A DNA stretch of 64,000 bases from Hypanus sabinus (Eukaryota). The number at the start of each line of letters is the position of its first letter. Within the stretch, counting starts at the first letter, position 1. Under the pieces are notes generated by a model. That model had not been told where the DNA came from. It worked only from the letters and a program-made list of their open reading frames with translations, and searched no databases. Both the position numbers and the translations under genes were made by a program. The stretch spans positions 149,048,001 through 149,112,000 of the forward strand of contig NC_082711.1 in NCBI RefSeq assembly GCF_030144855.1. The letters run 5' to 3'. Below, in pieces: positions 35,706-46,927 of the stretch.

Positions 35706-37730
35706 TGTAATGCCTTTGTTAAGGTTTCTACTGCTGTGCTGTAGCTATTTAATTTTAGCAGTTTTCCGCAAAAGCAGTGCGTCCTGCTGTTCCAGTTTTG
35801 GCTAAAGGTAAGAAGCCCTGCTGTTCAACTTAGGAGTGTCGGGTCAGCCAATCAGGATGGTGGGATATGGAGAAGGTTCTAGAGAGAGTGGGGCAGAGAG
35901 AGTTTAGTGACAGACAGTAGTCTAGTTTGGGGTCTTTTGGCAGGAGCTATGGAGTGGGACAGAAGGGAAGATGCCACAGAATGCCATGGGAAGGAGAGTC
36001 CCTATTACAAGAAGTGATTTGTGCAGATGAATGGCTCCAAGGAAGAGGGCTAATACTCCTGAGAATGAGACAGCTTATTCAAGATGGACTTTGAGGTCAG
36101 TTTCCACTGAGGTGGGTGTTTTCTCACAGACAGTGGGGTCAGTGCCATGAATAATGTTTATTACAGCACTGGAAGAGACAAGCTCCAACTGTCATGTGCA
36201 CATTTAGACTAATTTAACTCTAATGGACCCTTTTGTTTTTTCCTCTTCTTTCTCTTCTTGCTTTTCTTTCTTTTAATAGTTGTTTGATAAAGCTGAAATT
36301 GACAAATATACAAGGAGTGATTGATAAGTTCATAGGCCTAAGGTAGAAGGAGTCAATTTTAGAAAACCTAGCACATTCATTTTTCAATATAGTCCCCTCC
36401 TACATTTACACACTTATTCCAGCACCCTTGGAACATATGGATCCCTTCTTTGTAGAAGTTGGTGTCTTGGACCTTCAGAAGTAGTCCACAGCAGGGGTGA
36501 TTGATAAGTTCATGGCCAAAGGTAGAAGGAGATGAGTTATTAACTTCAAACTTTCTGCATAATCACTCAAAGAGTTGAACTGCACGTGCATGTAACGAGA
36601 GCTGTATAACTCATCTCCTTCTACCTTAGGCCATGAACTTATCAATCACCCCTGCTGTGGACTACTTCTGAAGGTCCAAGGAGGTCCAAGACTCCTACTT
36701 CTACAAAGGGATGCGTATACTCCACGACCACTGGACTAAGTGTGTAAACGTAGCAGGGGACTACATTGAAATAAAATGTGCTAGGTTTTCAAAAATTGAC
36801 TCCTTCTACTTTAGGCCACGAACTTTCACCCTCGTACTTTCTCTATAATTTTATGCAGTGTATGATCTGTTATTTCTTGCCAACCAATTATTACGTTTGG
36901 GCACTATTTACACAGCATTCACACAAATCAAGGTTTTGTTGGTTAGAGCATCACGATGTTCCTGTTTGGTCGAACCCACAACTCATACCGACCCTAGACA
37001 TATATTGTTTATGAAAGGTGACCTTCTCACTGCTGACTCATGTGGCTGTTAGCAAAGCTAGCTAATGAGCCAAGTTTGTGTAGGAGCCCAGTGAGAGGGT
37101 TACAGTTGTGGGGGATTGTCCAGGACTTTTCAGATGCTGTGTGACTGCTGTTTTAGAATTGATTAAGCAGTTTGTGTGTTTTAGTCTGTGTTTAAACTCG
37201 TGTTGGGGTAAGTGATTAAGGTACTTTATTATGGATGCCACAAGAATTAAGATTTGGTGTGATTGAAAGAGATTATCCACAAACAATGCTTATGTTCTGA
37301 GCAGGGTGTATATCCAAAGCCCTGATGAACTGTTACTTAGAGTGCTGAGTTCTGTGAAAGTGTTGGGGAAAGTTACACTGATTGAATGGCATTTTATAAG
37401 GATGTTGTGTTAGTCCAGCCTAGCAGAGACATGACTGAGGATACATTAAGAGACCCTGGAGAGGAGAGACCATGGAGCAATACTTTTAGAGAAGGGGGAA
37501 ATGAAGTTGAGGGTGAAGACATTAACGACAAGTTGTTCTCATTTCTGTAAGGTGAGGGAAAAGGGTTGTCTGATACAAAAGGTCTAATGGGTCCATCAAC
37601 AGTTGATTTCTGAGCTGGTTTTGGCTATTAAAGTTGTGGTTGAGAAATGCCAAAGTGTTACCTGCAGTGAGCCAAATTTATCCTAGGCTAGGACTGTTCT
37701 CTGGAGTCAAGCCCACACTCGATGGGGAAG
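35706..37730 (+). mobile_element. Gypsy 5' LTR (35706-37104) plus decayed PNMA/Ma-type gag, truncated
   Basis: TGTAA...TTACA ends followed by a TGGGGG PBS-like site. From ATG 37231: MDATRIKIWC..VLSRV..LGKV...YPRLGLFSGVKPT, the PNMA-like gag signature YRRLR.FSG..P.P. Confidence 0.8.
36311..36834. mobile_element. Palindromic mariner-derived MITE inside the LTR
   Basis: TA flanks and long inverted arms. The right arm encodes FYKGMRILHDHWTKCVNVAGDYIE (mariner transposase C-terminus). Inner TIR pair at 36492-36654. Confidence 0.9.
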
Positions 37731-37799
37731 CAGAATGATCAGAAGGTCAGACTGTTTATGTATTCTACTTTCAGAGAGAGAATAAAAATAGACAAGTTC

Positions 37800-39880
37800 A
37801 GCCATTGCTGCAGGTGGAATACTGATTCAGAGCATACAGTCAATTTACCCAGCTTTGAGTCCAGAGGATGCAAGATGAGGCTGGTCTACCCAAGCTTTTG
37901 TTGGGTGACAATGCAGTAGACCACAATTCAATAGGTCAGAGTGGGAGGGGGATCAAGGATTAAAGTAGGAGGAAACAGGAAGTTTCAGGGTGACCCTTGT
38001 GAACTGAACACAGGTGCTCTGCTTTCTCCGGTATAGAAAAGAGCACACTGTGAACAGCAAATACAGAACACTAGACTGGAAAAAGGGCTAGTGAATGGCT
38101 GCTTTATCGGGAAAGACTATTTGGGTCCCTGGATAGTGGGAAGGGGAGAAATGAGAGCATAAGTTTTGCCTACAGTTGCAAGGCAAATTAGTCAGAAAGT
38201 CAGGGTGAGTGATGGGATTGGAAGAGGGATCAGGGCCACAAAAGGAAAAGTCCCTGTGAAAAGCTGAAAGGGAGGGAGAGGAGAAGATGATGAAAATTGT
38301 GGTGGTCTGTTGAATGCAGAGATTGGTGGGGTGGTAGGTGAGGATCAGGAGATCTACATCCTTGTTCTGTATCAGAGGAGAGGGGAAGGAGTGCAGGAAA
38401 TGGATAAGATGCGGACAATAGTTTTGCTAACAATAGACAATAAACAATAGGTGCAGGAGTAGGCCATTTGGCTCTTCGAGTCAGCACTGCCATTCAATGT
38501 GATCATGGCTGATAATCCACAATCAGTACCCCATTCCTGCCTTTTCCCTATATCCCTTGACTCCCTGTCTTTAAGAGCTCTGTCTAACTCTTTCCTGAAA
38601 GCATCCAGAGAATTGGCCTCTACTGCCTTCTGAGGCACAGCATTCCATAGATCCACAATTCTCTGGGTGAAAAAGTTTTTCCTGAACTCTGTTCTAAATA
38701 AACCCTTATTCTTAAACTGTGGCCTCTAGTTCTGGACCCCCACAACATCTGGAACATGTTTCCTGCCTCTAGCGAGCCCAATCCCTTAATAATCTTATAT
38801 GTTTCCATCAGATCCCCTCTCATCCTTCTAAATCCCAGAGTATACAAGCCCAGTCGCTCCAATCTTTCAACATATGATAGTCCCGCCATCTCTGGCAATC
38901 AACTTCGTGAACCTATGCTGCACTCCCTCAATAGCAAGAATGTCCTTCCTCAAATTTGAAGACCAAAACTGAACACAATACTCCATGTGTGGTCTCACCA
39001 GGGCCCTGTACAACTGCAGAAGGACCTCTTTGCTCCTATACTCATCTCCCCTTGTTATGAAGGCCAACATGCCATTAGCTTTCTTCACTGCCTGCTGTAC
39101 CTGCATGCTTACTTTCAGTGACTGATGAACAAGGACACCCTAGATCTCGTTGTACTTCCCCTTTTCCTAACTTGACACCATTCAGATAGTAATCTGATAG
39201 TGGATGGGAAGCTCCAGATCAGAACAAAGATATTTCAGAGGTACCTGTACAGAAAATCTCATTACTGTGAAAGAGGCAGAAACAGAGAAACTAAGATAAT
39301 GGCATTGCATCCTTAAAGGTAGGACAGTGGGACGAAGAGTAATTGAGATAGCTGTGGGAAATGTTAGGCTTATAATAGATGTCAGTAGCTTATCTGCATC
39401 CTGAGATGGAGACAAGAGATCCAGAAAAGGAAGGGAGGTATTTGAGGTTGACCCTGTGAAGGTGAGAGCAGGCTGGAAGCTGGCAGTAAAAGTAATGAAA
39501 CTGTTGAGTTCTGCATGAGTTCAATAGCCAGGGTCAGCAATGTTCCATGCAGGACAGCAGTACTGCGGGTAGGTGAAAGTCTCACAGTCGGGGTGAAACG
39601 TTTTGGCTGAATAAGTGGGAATGGAGGTGGCGGCAGCAGAAGAAGAGCTGAATGTCATGTTGAACCTGGAATTCAGTAAGGTGGGCATGTAGGTGAACAA
39701 AGTTGAAGCATCTGTTGAGGATTGATCTTTTGCACTCAGAGAGAAGACCAGAAGGGCCAGAGAGTGGGATTGGGAAGTAGGAACACTATCTGAGGAAAAT
39801 GAAAGGGAAGGAAGATCTGGAGGGAAATGAGACTGCAAGAGCTGCTGGAGTTTACGATCTTTGACATCTGAATGGAAGGA
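37800..39880 (-). mobile_element. Old Penelope-like element (RT plus GIY-YIG remnants) split by CR1
   Basis: Minus-strand remnants STDASTLFTYMP, (S)LPFLDLLS, YKPNISHSYLNYSSSH..KDAMPLS.FLCLFH and HFNP..SHSDL. Confidence 0.7.
38430..39197 (-). mobile_element. CR1 LINE 3' end, relatively young
   Basis: VQQAVKKANGMLAFI..LYRALVRPHMEYCVQFW, RRMRGDL; (CAATAGA)n tail. Confidence 0.95.
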
Positions 39881-39933
39881 GAAAAGTCATTTATTTTCAT
39901 CAGAGTATTATCAGAAGCACTAAAGGATTACCT

Positions 39934-41509
39934 TGTGGCGACCCATTTCCTGGCACATCCGAACCGGCTCACAATTAGATAGCCTACGGGGGTTTGCGAG
40001 CACAGAGCTTTGGAGCCTCTGCGCCACGGGGGGCAGGTTGAGGGAGGCTTAAAAGTGAGGCTGAGGATTTCGAATAAAGTTTTTCCTTCGACTGCAGTTA
40101 CCGACTCCATGTCGTAATTTTAGCGCTGCGTGTAGCACACCGCTACAATTGGTGACCCCGACAGTCCAAACGATTTTTGGACCAGAAATGACCGACGCCG
40201 CCTCTGTTCATGCAGTTTCATTGAAACTGCCGGGTTTCTGGACACAGCGACCAAACCTATGGTTTCCAGCAGGTTCGTTTGGCACGGACTCTGCAAACAG
40301 GTCAGTGAATGGGCCAAAACGTGCATGCACTGCCAGACGGCCAAGGTGCAGTGGCACACCAAAGCCCCACCAAAGCAGTTCAATCCCGCCCACCGGCGTT
40401 TCGACCACATTCATGTGGATATCGTGGGCCCCCTGCCAGTGTCGCGCAGAGCGCGGCACCTCCTGACTATCATGGACCGGTTCACAAGATGGCCAGAGGC
40501 GGTCCCACTCACCGACACCACCTCCGAATCTTGCGCCCGAGCCCTGATCACCACCTGGATATCTCGCTTTGGTGTACCGGCCCACATTACCTCCGACAGA
40601 GGCGCCCAGTTCACCTCCAGCCTGTGGTCAGCTATGGCCAGCCTTTTGGGGACTCAGCTGCACCACACAACTGCCTACCACCCACAGTCGAACGGGCTAG
40701 TGGAGCGTTTCCACAGTCACCTGAAGTCGGCCCTCATGGCCCGCCTGCGAGGAGCCAACTGGGCGGACGAGCTTCCCTGGGTCCTACTCGGCATCCACAC
40801 AGCGCCCAAGGACGACCTGCACGCCTCGTCGGCCGAGTTGGTGTACGGCGCGCCCCTGGTTGTCCCCCGGGAGTTCCTACCAGCCCCACGGGGGCAAGAG
40901 GGAGATCCCGCAGCAGTCCTGGGCAGACTACGCGAGAAGCTCGGTAACCTGGCCCCCATACCCACTTCACAGCATGGGCGGAACCCGACCTGCGTACCCA
41001 AAGACCTGCAGAACTGTAAGTTTGTGTTTGTATGAAGGGGCGGGCATCGGCCACCATTGCAGCGGCCATACGAGGGGCCGTTTATGGTGCTCCGGAACAA
41101 CGGGTCCACGTTCGTGCTGGACATTGGGGGGAAAGAGGAGGTTTTCACGGTGGACCGCCTCAAACCGGCCCATGTGGACCTGGCACAACCGGCCGAGTTT
41201 CCGGCACCTCGGTGCAGAGGCCGACCTCCCAAGCAGGTTCTGGCCCAGACTGTGGATATTGGGGGGTGTATCGCCGGTTCTGGGGGGGGGTTATGTGGCG
41301 ACCCATTTCCTGGCACATCCGAACCGGCTCACAATTAGATAGCCTACGGGCGTTTGTGAGCACAGAGCTTTGGAGCCTCTGCGCCTCGGGGGGGCAGGTT
41401 GAGGGAGGCTTAAAAGTGAGGCTGAGGATTTTGAATAAAGTTTTTTCCTTCGACTGCAGTTACCGACTCCGTGTCGTAATTTTAGCACTGCGTGTAGCAC
41501 ACCGCTACA
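39934..41509 (+). mobile_element. Young internally deleted Gypsy LTR retrotransposon (LTR-PBS-gag stub-integrase-PPT-LTR)
   Basis: LTRs 39934-40147 and 41294-41509 differ by about 6 substitutions and 2 indels. TSD ACCT; PBS TGGTGACCCCGAC (tRNA-Trp 3' end complement); G-run PPT. Confidence 0.97.
40259..41338 (+). pseudogene. Gypsy integrase (partial zinc finger, DDE core, GPY/F module) with one internal stop at 41033-41035
   Basis: CMHC, HIHVDIVGP, ITSDRGAQF, NGLVERFH. ORF 41057-41338 (RPYEGPF..VDRLKP) is in the same frame and runs into the 3' LTR. Confidence 0.93.
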
Positions 41510-41615
41510 ACCTCTTCTTTCTTCAGGGACGTTGGCAGTTATTAGTATCAGAGCCTCATCAAAATCCATTGAAGGTTTATTTACCCTGCCAATATGACAG
41601 TAATATAAACACATA

Positions 41616-42114
41616 CAGTACTGTGCAAAGGTCTGAAGCACATATATATAGCAAGTGCCCAGGACTTTTGCACAGTACTGTAGAAATTTTATGTATTGCA
41701 TTGTATTGTATGTGGCAGCAAAAAAAATACACACGCAAATTTCATGACATATGTGAGTGATGATAAACCTGTAATGATATGATCTTTATTTTAGACTAAA
41801 AGTGGAAGGGGGCAGGGAGAGAGGACTCATGGTTGGGAAAAGGAGAAGGGAGAGGGGGGAGTGGGTAGGGTTAAACTGACATTCTGTAATGATCAATAAA
41901 TCAAATCTTTAAAATCAAATTACCTTGCCTGGTGTCTCAGGGCTAGATGTGTCTCCACCCACACCGCTCACTGCCCCAGTACTCCTTCTCTTCTACCTGT
42001 TCCACACCCCTCCTGTGGTGCTCCACCCTAGCTATCCCAACATTCTTTGCTCCTGTCAGATTTACAAACTCACCCTTTGCTCCACTATATGCCTAAGTCT
42101 TTTGCACAGTACTG
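41616..42114. mobile_element. Tc1-type MITE (41616-41680) with a second right TIR ending at 42114 (possible composite element)
   Basis: TA-cagtactgtgcaaag ... cttttgcacagtactg-TA at 41680 and again at 42114. Confidence 0.8.
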
Positions 42115-44986
42115 TAATAGATACTTATAAAGTTTAAAAATGATCAGCTTGGCCATCGTTTCATCTTTACTTCCTTATAATAGATTCATGACCCTCTATG
42201 CACTGAATTAGAAATGTTTATCTTCATCATATATTGTTCCCATGATTTTCCCCAATACCGCTTCTGTAATATTCTGAAAGATCTCAACTGCTTTCACCAG
42301 GTTGACTTCAACTCTCCATTCTAGGCTCCACTGGTGATCTCCACTCCTACGATCCTTCAACTTTTAGGCCTGGGAGCACTCTCGGTTGCTGATTGTCCAA
42401 TTTGCAGACAATATTTGAATTATCTCTAACATATCTTCTGTTGTCCATTCTGGTCAATTTCTTTTTCCTGCACTAAACTCCTGGGTACACTTTTTCAATA
42501 AATGCATTTTGCTCTGTTGAACATGGGTTACGAGTGCTAAGAAACGGCTGCACTTGTAATCGGGCTAATTGTACATCTTTTACTGGCAAAAGGACACAAT
42601 GTTAATGAGAAGTCGATTTCAAAGGTCAATTCAATTTTGAAATCTGTCAATGAATAAAGTCATCCAACCAGAATTCAATTTAGATAAAATGTGTAATTTT
42701 GTGACCTTGTGTTAGAAGTTCAGAAAATCTGAAATTACTATTTGTTCTTCCTCCATTAAATGATATTTCAAATAATCAGCATAATGTCATATTGAAATAA
42801 TTATTGAATGCAAGCACATTCTGTGTCCTCTCAAGATTGTTTGATGAAAACTGAATAGGCTTCCCATTAAGATTAATTGGTGGAGCAGATAACTTAGTAG
42901 TCTTTGTAAGAAGACATCCCAGATCATTGGTGTTACAGATATAGAGCTGGTACATAATGCAGAATCCATTTAATTTTAAAGAAAATAAAGTTAGAAGAAC
43001 TCCATCATCACAAAATTATTTCTCCTTTTTTGACACATGCTCACCAGGCATTTTTCTAGCAATATCATATCCTCTGCACTATCTTGTAAAGAGTATCACA
43101 AAATATTTTTCTGCAAGAAATTAATTAAAATTTTATTCACTAAGTTATTACACACTGCCACCCTTAATCTATCTGTAGGTGAAGTCTGTAGTTGAAAGGA
43201 AATGCAAAATACAGTTTTTACAGACCTTTATCAATCTTGTAAACCATGTCAATCATTGGCTTCAGCTTGAGCACATTTTACTCTGGACCTCCAACCAGCA
43301 AGAATGCGTCTGTGTCTCCTTCTCACCAATGTCACTTCCAGTACGGGCGAACCACCCACATTGCACACTGTAACTGAAGTTCTTTATTATAACACATCTT
43401 CCCCCTTTAAAGAATACAAACACCAATACTATGTCCTCATAAACCTGTAAGAAACAATAATGCTTTCCAACAATGTTTGTTACATTAACTTCAATTGTAA
43501 TAAGTGAATGCATTCCCTTATTCACTTAATCACTCTCAATCTGTCTCCAGGTGGCTTAATAATCTCTTTTGGACTGCTATTTGTTACCTCAGCTGTCTTA
43601 CTTTCACTTGCTGTGTTAATACCAGTGTCTTTTTGACAGTTCTGATTGATGTGTTCCTTTTTTACACATCCTTCTGCCAAGACCCTACCTGTTCATCTCT
43701 GTTCTTCTTCTTGCTGTGTGACCATAATTCACTCCGTGTGCCTCATAATGGAGCCCTGGACCTTATCCAGGTGATCAGTAAGTCTCTGCATAAGTTCCAA
43801 CTGATTCTGTCTCAATACACAGAGCTCATTCTGTTGGCTGCATATCACAGATGGAACTCCTCAGGTTGGTTTGTGTTGAACTGGTGCTATTGTTCTGACC
43901 TTGGAGATTGCATGGTCTCCCCATCTTCCTTTTTATTTTTCCTCTTCAACTTCAGAGAGAGTCCTGGAGAAGTTTTTGATTTCCAGTCTTTACCTGAAAG
44001 TTGATGAGAGACAGATTTTGAACCACAGCTGCATTATGTGGAAGGAAGACTTATGACTTCTTCATCATCATCTCTCTGTTCAGTACTAGCAGTCTGACTG
44101 TCATGATGGTGTAGCTGGTGCAGATGCCTATGAAAGGTGGAGTTCTTGAGCATCCCTTGCATAACCACTCTGGAGCTCTCATGGATGCTGTTACAAGGTT
44201 CTCGAGTTACATCAGGTAAGCACCAAAGCCCCTCAAAGACATCTACGTACTCTTCCGTGAGTGTTGCATGGTCACCTTTGGTCTGTGAGGCCATTATGAA
44301 GACTCTTTCCACTAAGTTGAACTTTTCACATGCAGCCAGACCTAATATTGGCTGTACTCTCTTCTTAACAATCAGGAGGTGTTCTTTTAGATGCCGTCCC
44401 TTGTGCTTGAAGGTCACTATACAGCCCCCTTTTACTGGAATGTTCTCTCCAGTATAGTCTGTCACTTTTAACTTCTCTGGGTACATCTTGCTTTTTACTT
44501 TGAGAGACTTGTAATCATCCATAGACAGCAGATTCACCTGGGCTCCAGTGTCAAGCTTGAACAGATTTACTGTCTCATTCACAGTTACTGCAACAATCCA
44601 TCCTGTTTTACTAGCACCAGTCTTTAGAGAAACTATAAAGACTTTCTCCATTTCTTCAGCAACTGTATGCACCTTTCTCTTGGCAGGTTTGCAACACTTT
44701 GTGAACTGATTCCTCTTCCCACAATTATTGAAGGACTTTTCATAAGCAGGACAGTTCCTTGGATGTGCCTACCTCCACATTTGTTGCACTTACTGTTTGA
44801 GCCTATCTCTTTGGTTTGCGGTTGCCTTGGGAAATGTTGTATGCTTGCCCCTCTGTTTTACAGCATACACTGTTGTTTCTGCCCTGTGCAGTTCTTTATC
44901 TTGCGATTGGGCTGACTCCACTGTCCTACACATATCCACGGCCTTTTCCAACATTAAATCATTTTCACAGAGCAGGTGTTCTCTAA

Positions 44987-45211
44987 GGCTGGCTGGTGGC
45001 GTAGTGGCATCAGCGCTGGACTTCGGAGTGAAGGCTCCCAAGTTCGAATCCAGCCGGCTCTCTTGCACGCTTTCCATCTGTGCTGGGTTAAACGTCGAGC
45101 TAGCAACTCGGCCTCGTAAAAATAAGAAAGCCTGCTAAAAAAAAATGCCATCACAAAGGCATCCCGATGACTCCACTCAGAGTTAAGGGCTTTCTTCTTC
45201 TTCTTCTTCTT
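44987..45211 (+). mobile_element. Full-length tRNA-derived SINE with (TTC)n tail
   Basis: A box TGGCGTAGTGG, B box GTTCGAATCC; 14-bp TSD CAGGTGTTCTC(T/C)AA at 44973-86 and 45212-25. Confidence 0.93.
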
Positions 45212-45530
45212 CAGGTGTTCTCCAATTCCACAAACTATTTTGTCTCAGATTAATAAGTCTATCAGATCTCCAAACTCACAGAACTTACTCAGTGCGTGAA
45301 CCTCAGCTAAGTATTGGTCAAAGCCAACACCTTGTTTCTGGTCACAGAATTTATATTTCTCAAACGTGACATTTTTACTTGACAATACTCCTCAAATTTC
45401 GTCATCAGAGTATCCAATGTAAAGTCTGTCTCATCAATTTGAAAGCTGTTGTAGATGTGCAAAGCATCTTCACCAGTTACATGTAGAGAGATTGATGCAT
45501 TCAATTTTCCCTTTGGCCCTCTCCGCCACT

Positions 45531-46060
45531 AAAGTTTCCCCGCTTTACGAAAGTTCACATTACGCCACTTCGCTTTTTACAAAAGACCTACATTAGTACC
45601 TGTTATCGTTAACCAAAATAAAAATCCGAAGAGGATTTTCGCTTTTACGAAAAATGACACCCGGTTTAAACTTGTGTTTACCCCAACAAAGACTACCATG
45701 ACCGTGAAGCCTTGCACAGGCAGGTGTGTGCGCATGCATGTACGTGCCGATTTTTTTCGACATATCGGTTTTGGCTAAATCTTCCAGATTCTGATGGGTG
45801 AAACTACACTGTACATACATTATTTCTACTTTATAGAGGCTGTGTATTTATCTTATAATTCCTGCTTTTACTATATATTAGTGTTATTTTAGGTTTTATG
45901 TGCTATTTGGTATGATTTGGTAGGTTATTGCTTCAGTGTGGGAACGCTCAAAAATTTTCCCCCATATAAATTAATAGCAATTGCTTCTTTGCTTTACGCC
46001 ATTTCTGCTTACGAAGGGTTTCATAGGAACACTCTACTTTCGGATAGAAGGGGAATCCTG
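45531..46060. mobile_element. Non-autonomous Tigger/pogo-like transposon in Gypsy gag
   Basis: Interrupts the gag frame; degenerate TIRs (aagtttccccgct / agaaggggaatcctg) and repeated cgctt(t)acgaa subterminal motifs. Confidence 0.7.
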
Positions 46061-46927
46061 TGTATATATATTGAATCGCTGTTTGAAGCATTTCAATTAT
46101 CAGCTAGATTGCCAATAAACTGCATGGGTGCAGGAGGACCTAGGTCATCCATTGAAGGGCTTTTAAGGCTCTCCCCTCAACTTGTCGGAGAAATTTGAGA
46201 CAGCGTGTTCTCTTCCCAGCAGTTTCTTTCCATCAGAACCTAGCGTCTCTTTCTTAGTCGCTCACAGTATTCATTTAAGCTCCGGATTTAGACATCACAC
46301 TGACTTCCAACACCATACTATGTTTGTTCTTAAACAAAGCTAAATTTGATTGGGTAAAAACGCTAGAACTATTCGATTTGCATATTTACAGAATGGCTTC
46401 AGCTCGGCCACATTTTACTCCAGACCACCAAGAGCGTGCCTGTGTCTCCTGTTCACGAACATCACTTCCAGTTCTGGGTAAACTGCTCACATTGCACACT
46501 AGGACTTGAGTTCTTTACTATGTACAGACATAATAACACAATTGTCTCACAATGTGTCAGTTCAGAACAGAAGATGACAGGCCGGCTGCTGAATACAATC
46601 AAAGTGCTGCAGAGAACGAAATCATTCAAAGGTTTCAAAGGTGCATTTAACGTCAGAGAAATGTATATGATATACATCCTGAAATGCTTACTTTGATAAC
46701 CCTGTGTGTTCACTCATTGCCTGTTATGGGTATAGCTATCTGTGTACCATTGCTTACCCGGTGCTGTTCATAGCTGTGACCAGAACAAGGAACTTTCTAA
46801 TAGTCATTTCCTCATATTCTAACAACTCCCATGACTGTTCTATGCCACTCACAACTATTTCACACCTTTGGGTGCTAATCTCCCCTGAAGGATGAATTTT
46901 GGTAAGAAGTTATACCAGCTCAAATAA

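Larger units (their letters stand above)
43250..46540 (-). mobile_element. Old Gypsy element: gag plus protease, RT/IN deleted, with nested SINE and DNA transposon
   Basis: Diverged LTR pair (about 43250-43396; 46321-46540), PBS TGGTGTTGGAAGT (tRNA-Leu-like), PPT AAAGGGGGAAGA. Gag starts MDDLGPPAPMQFIGNLADN; protease FKLDTGAQVN..ILG. Confidence 0.88.

Noticed and set aside
37231-37730. PNMA-like domesticated gene
   Set aside because: It has multiple stops and frameshifts and lies directly behind an LTR and PBS, so it is a decayed retrotransposon gag.
40120-41760. Dense stack of long overlapping ORFs on both strands (up to 242 aa)
   Set aside because: These are shadow frames of GC-rich integrase DNA. 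Only the integrase frame has recognisable motifs.
44987-45060. tRNA-like sequence
   Set aside because: It is the head of a SINE with body, tail and TSD, not a tRNA gene.
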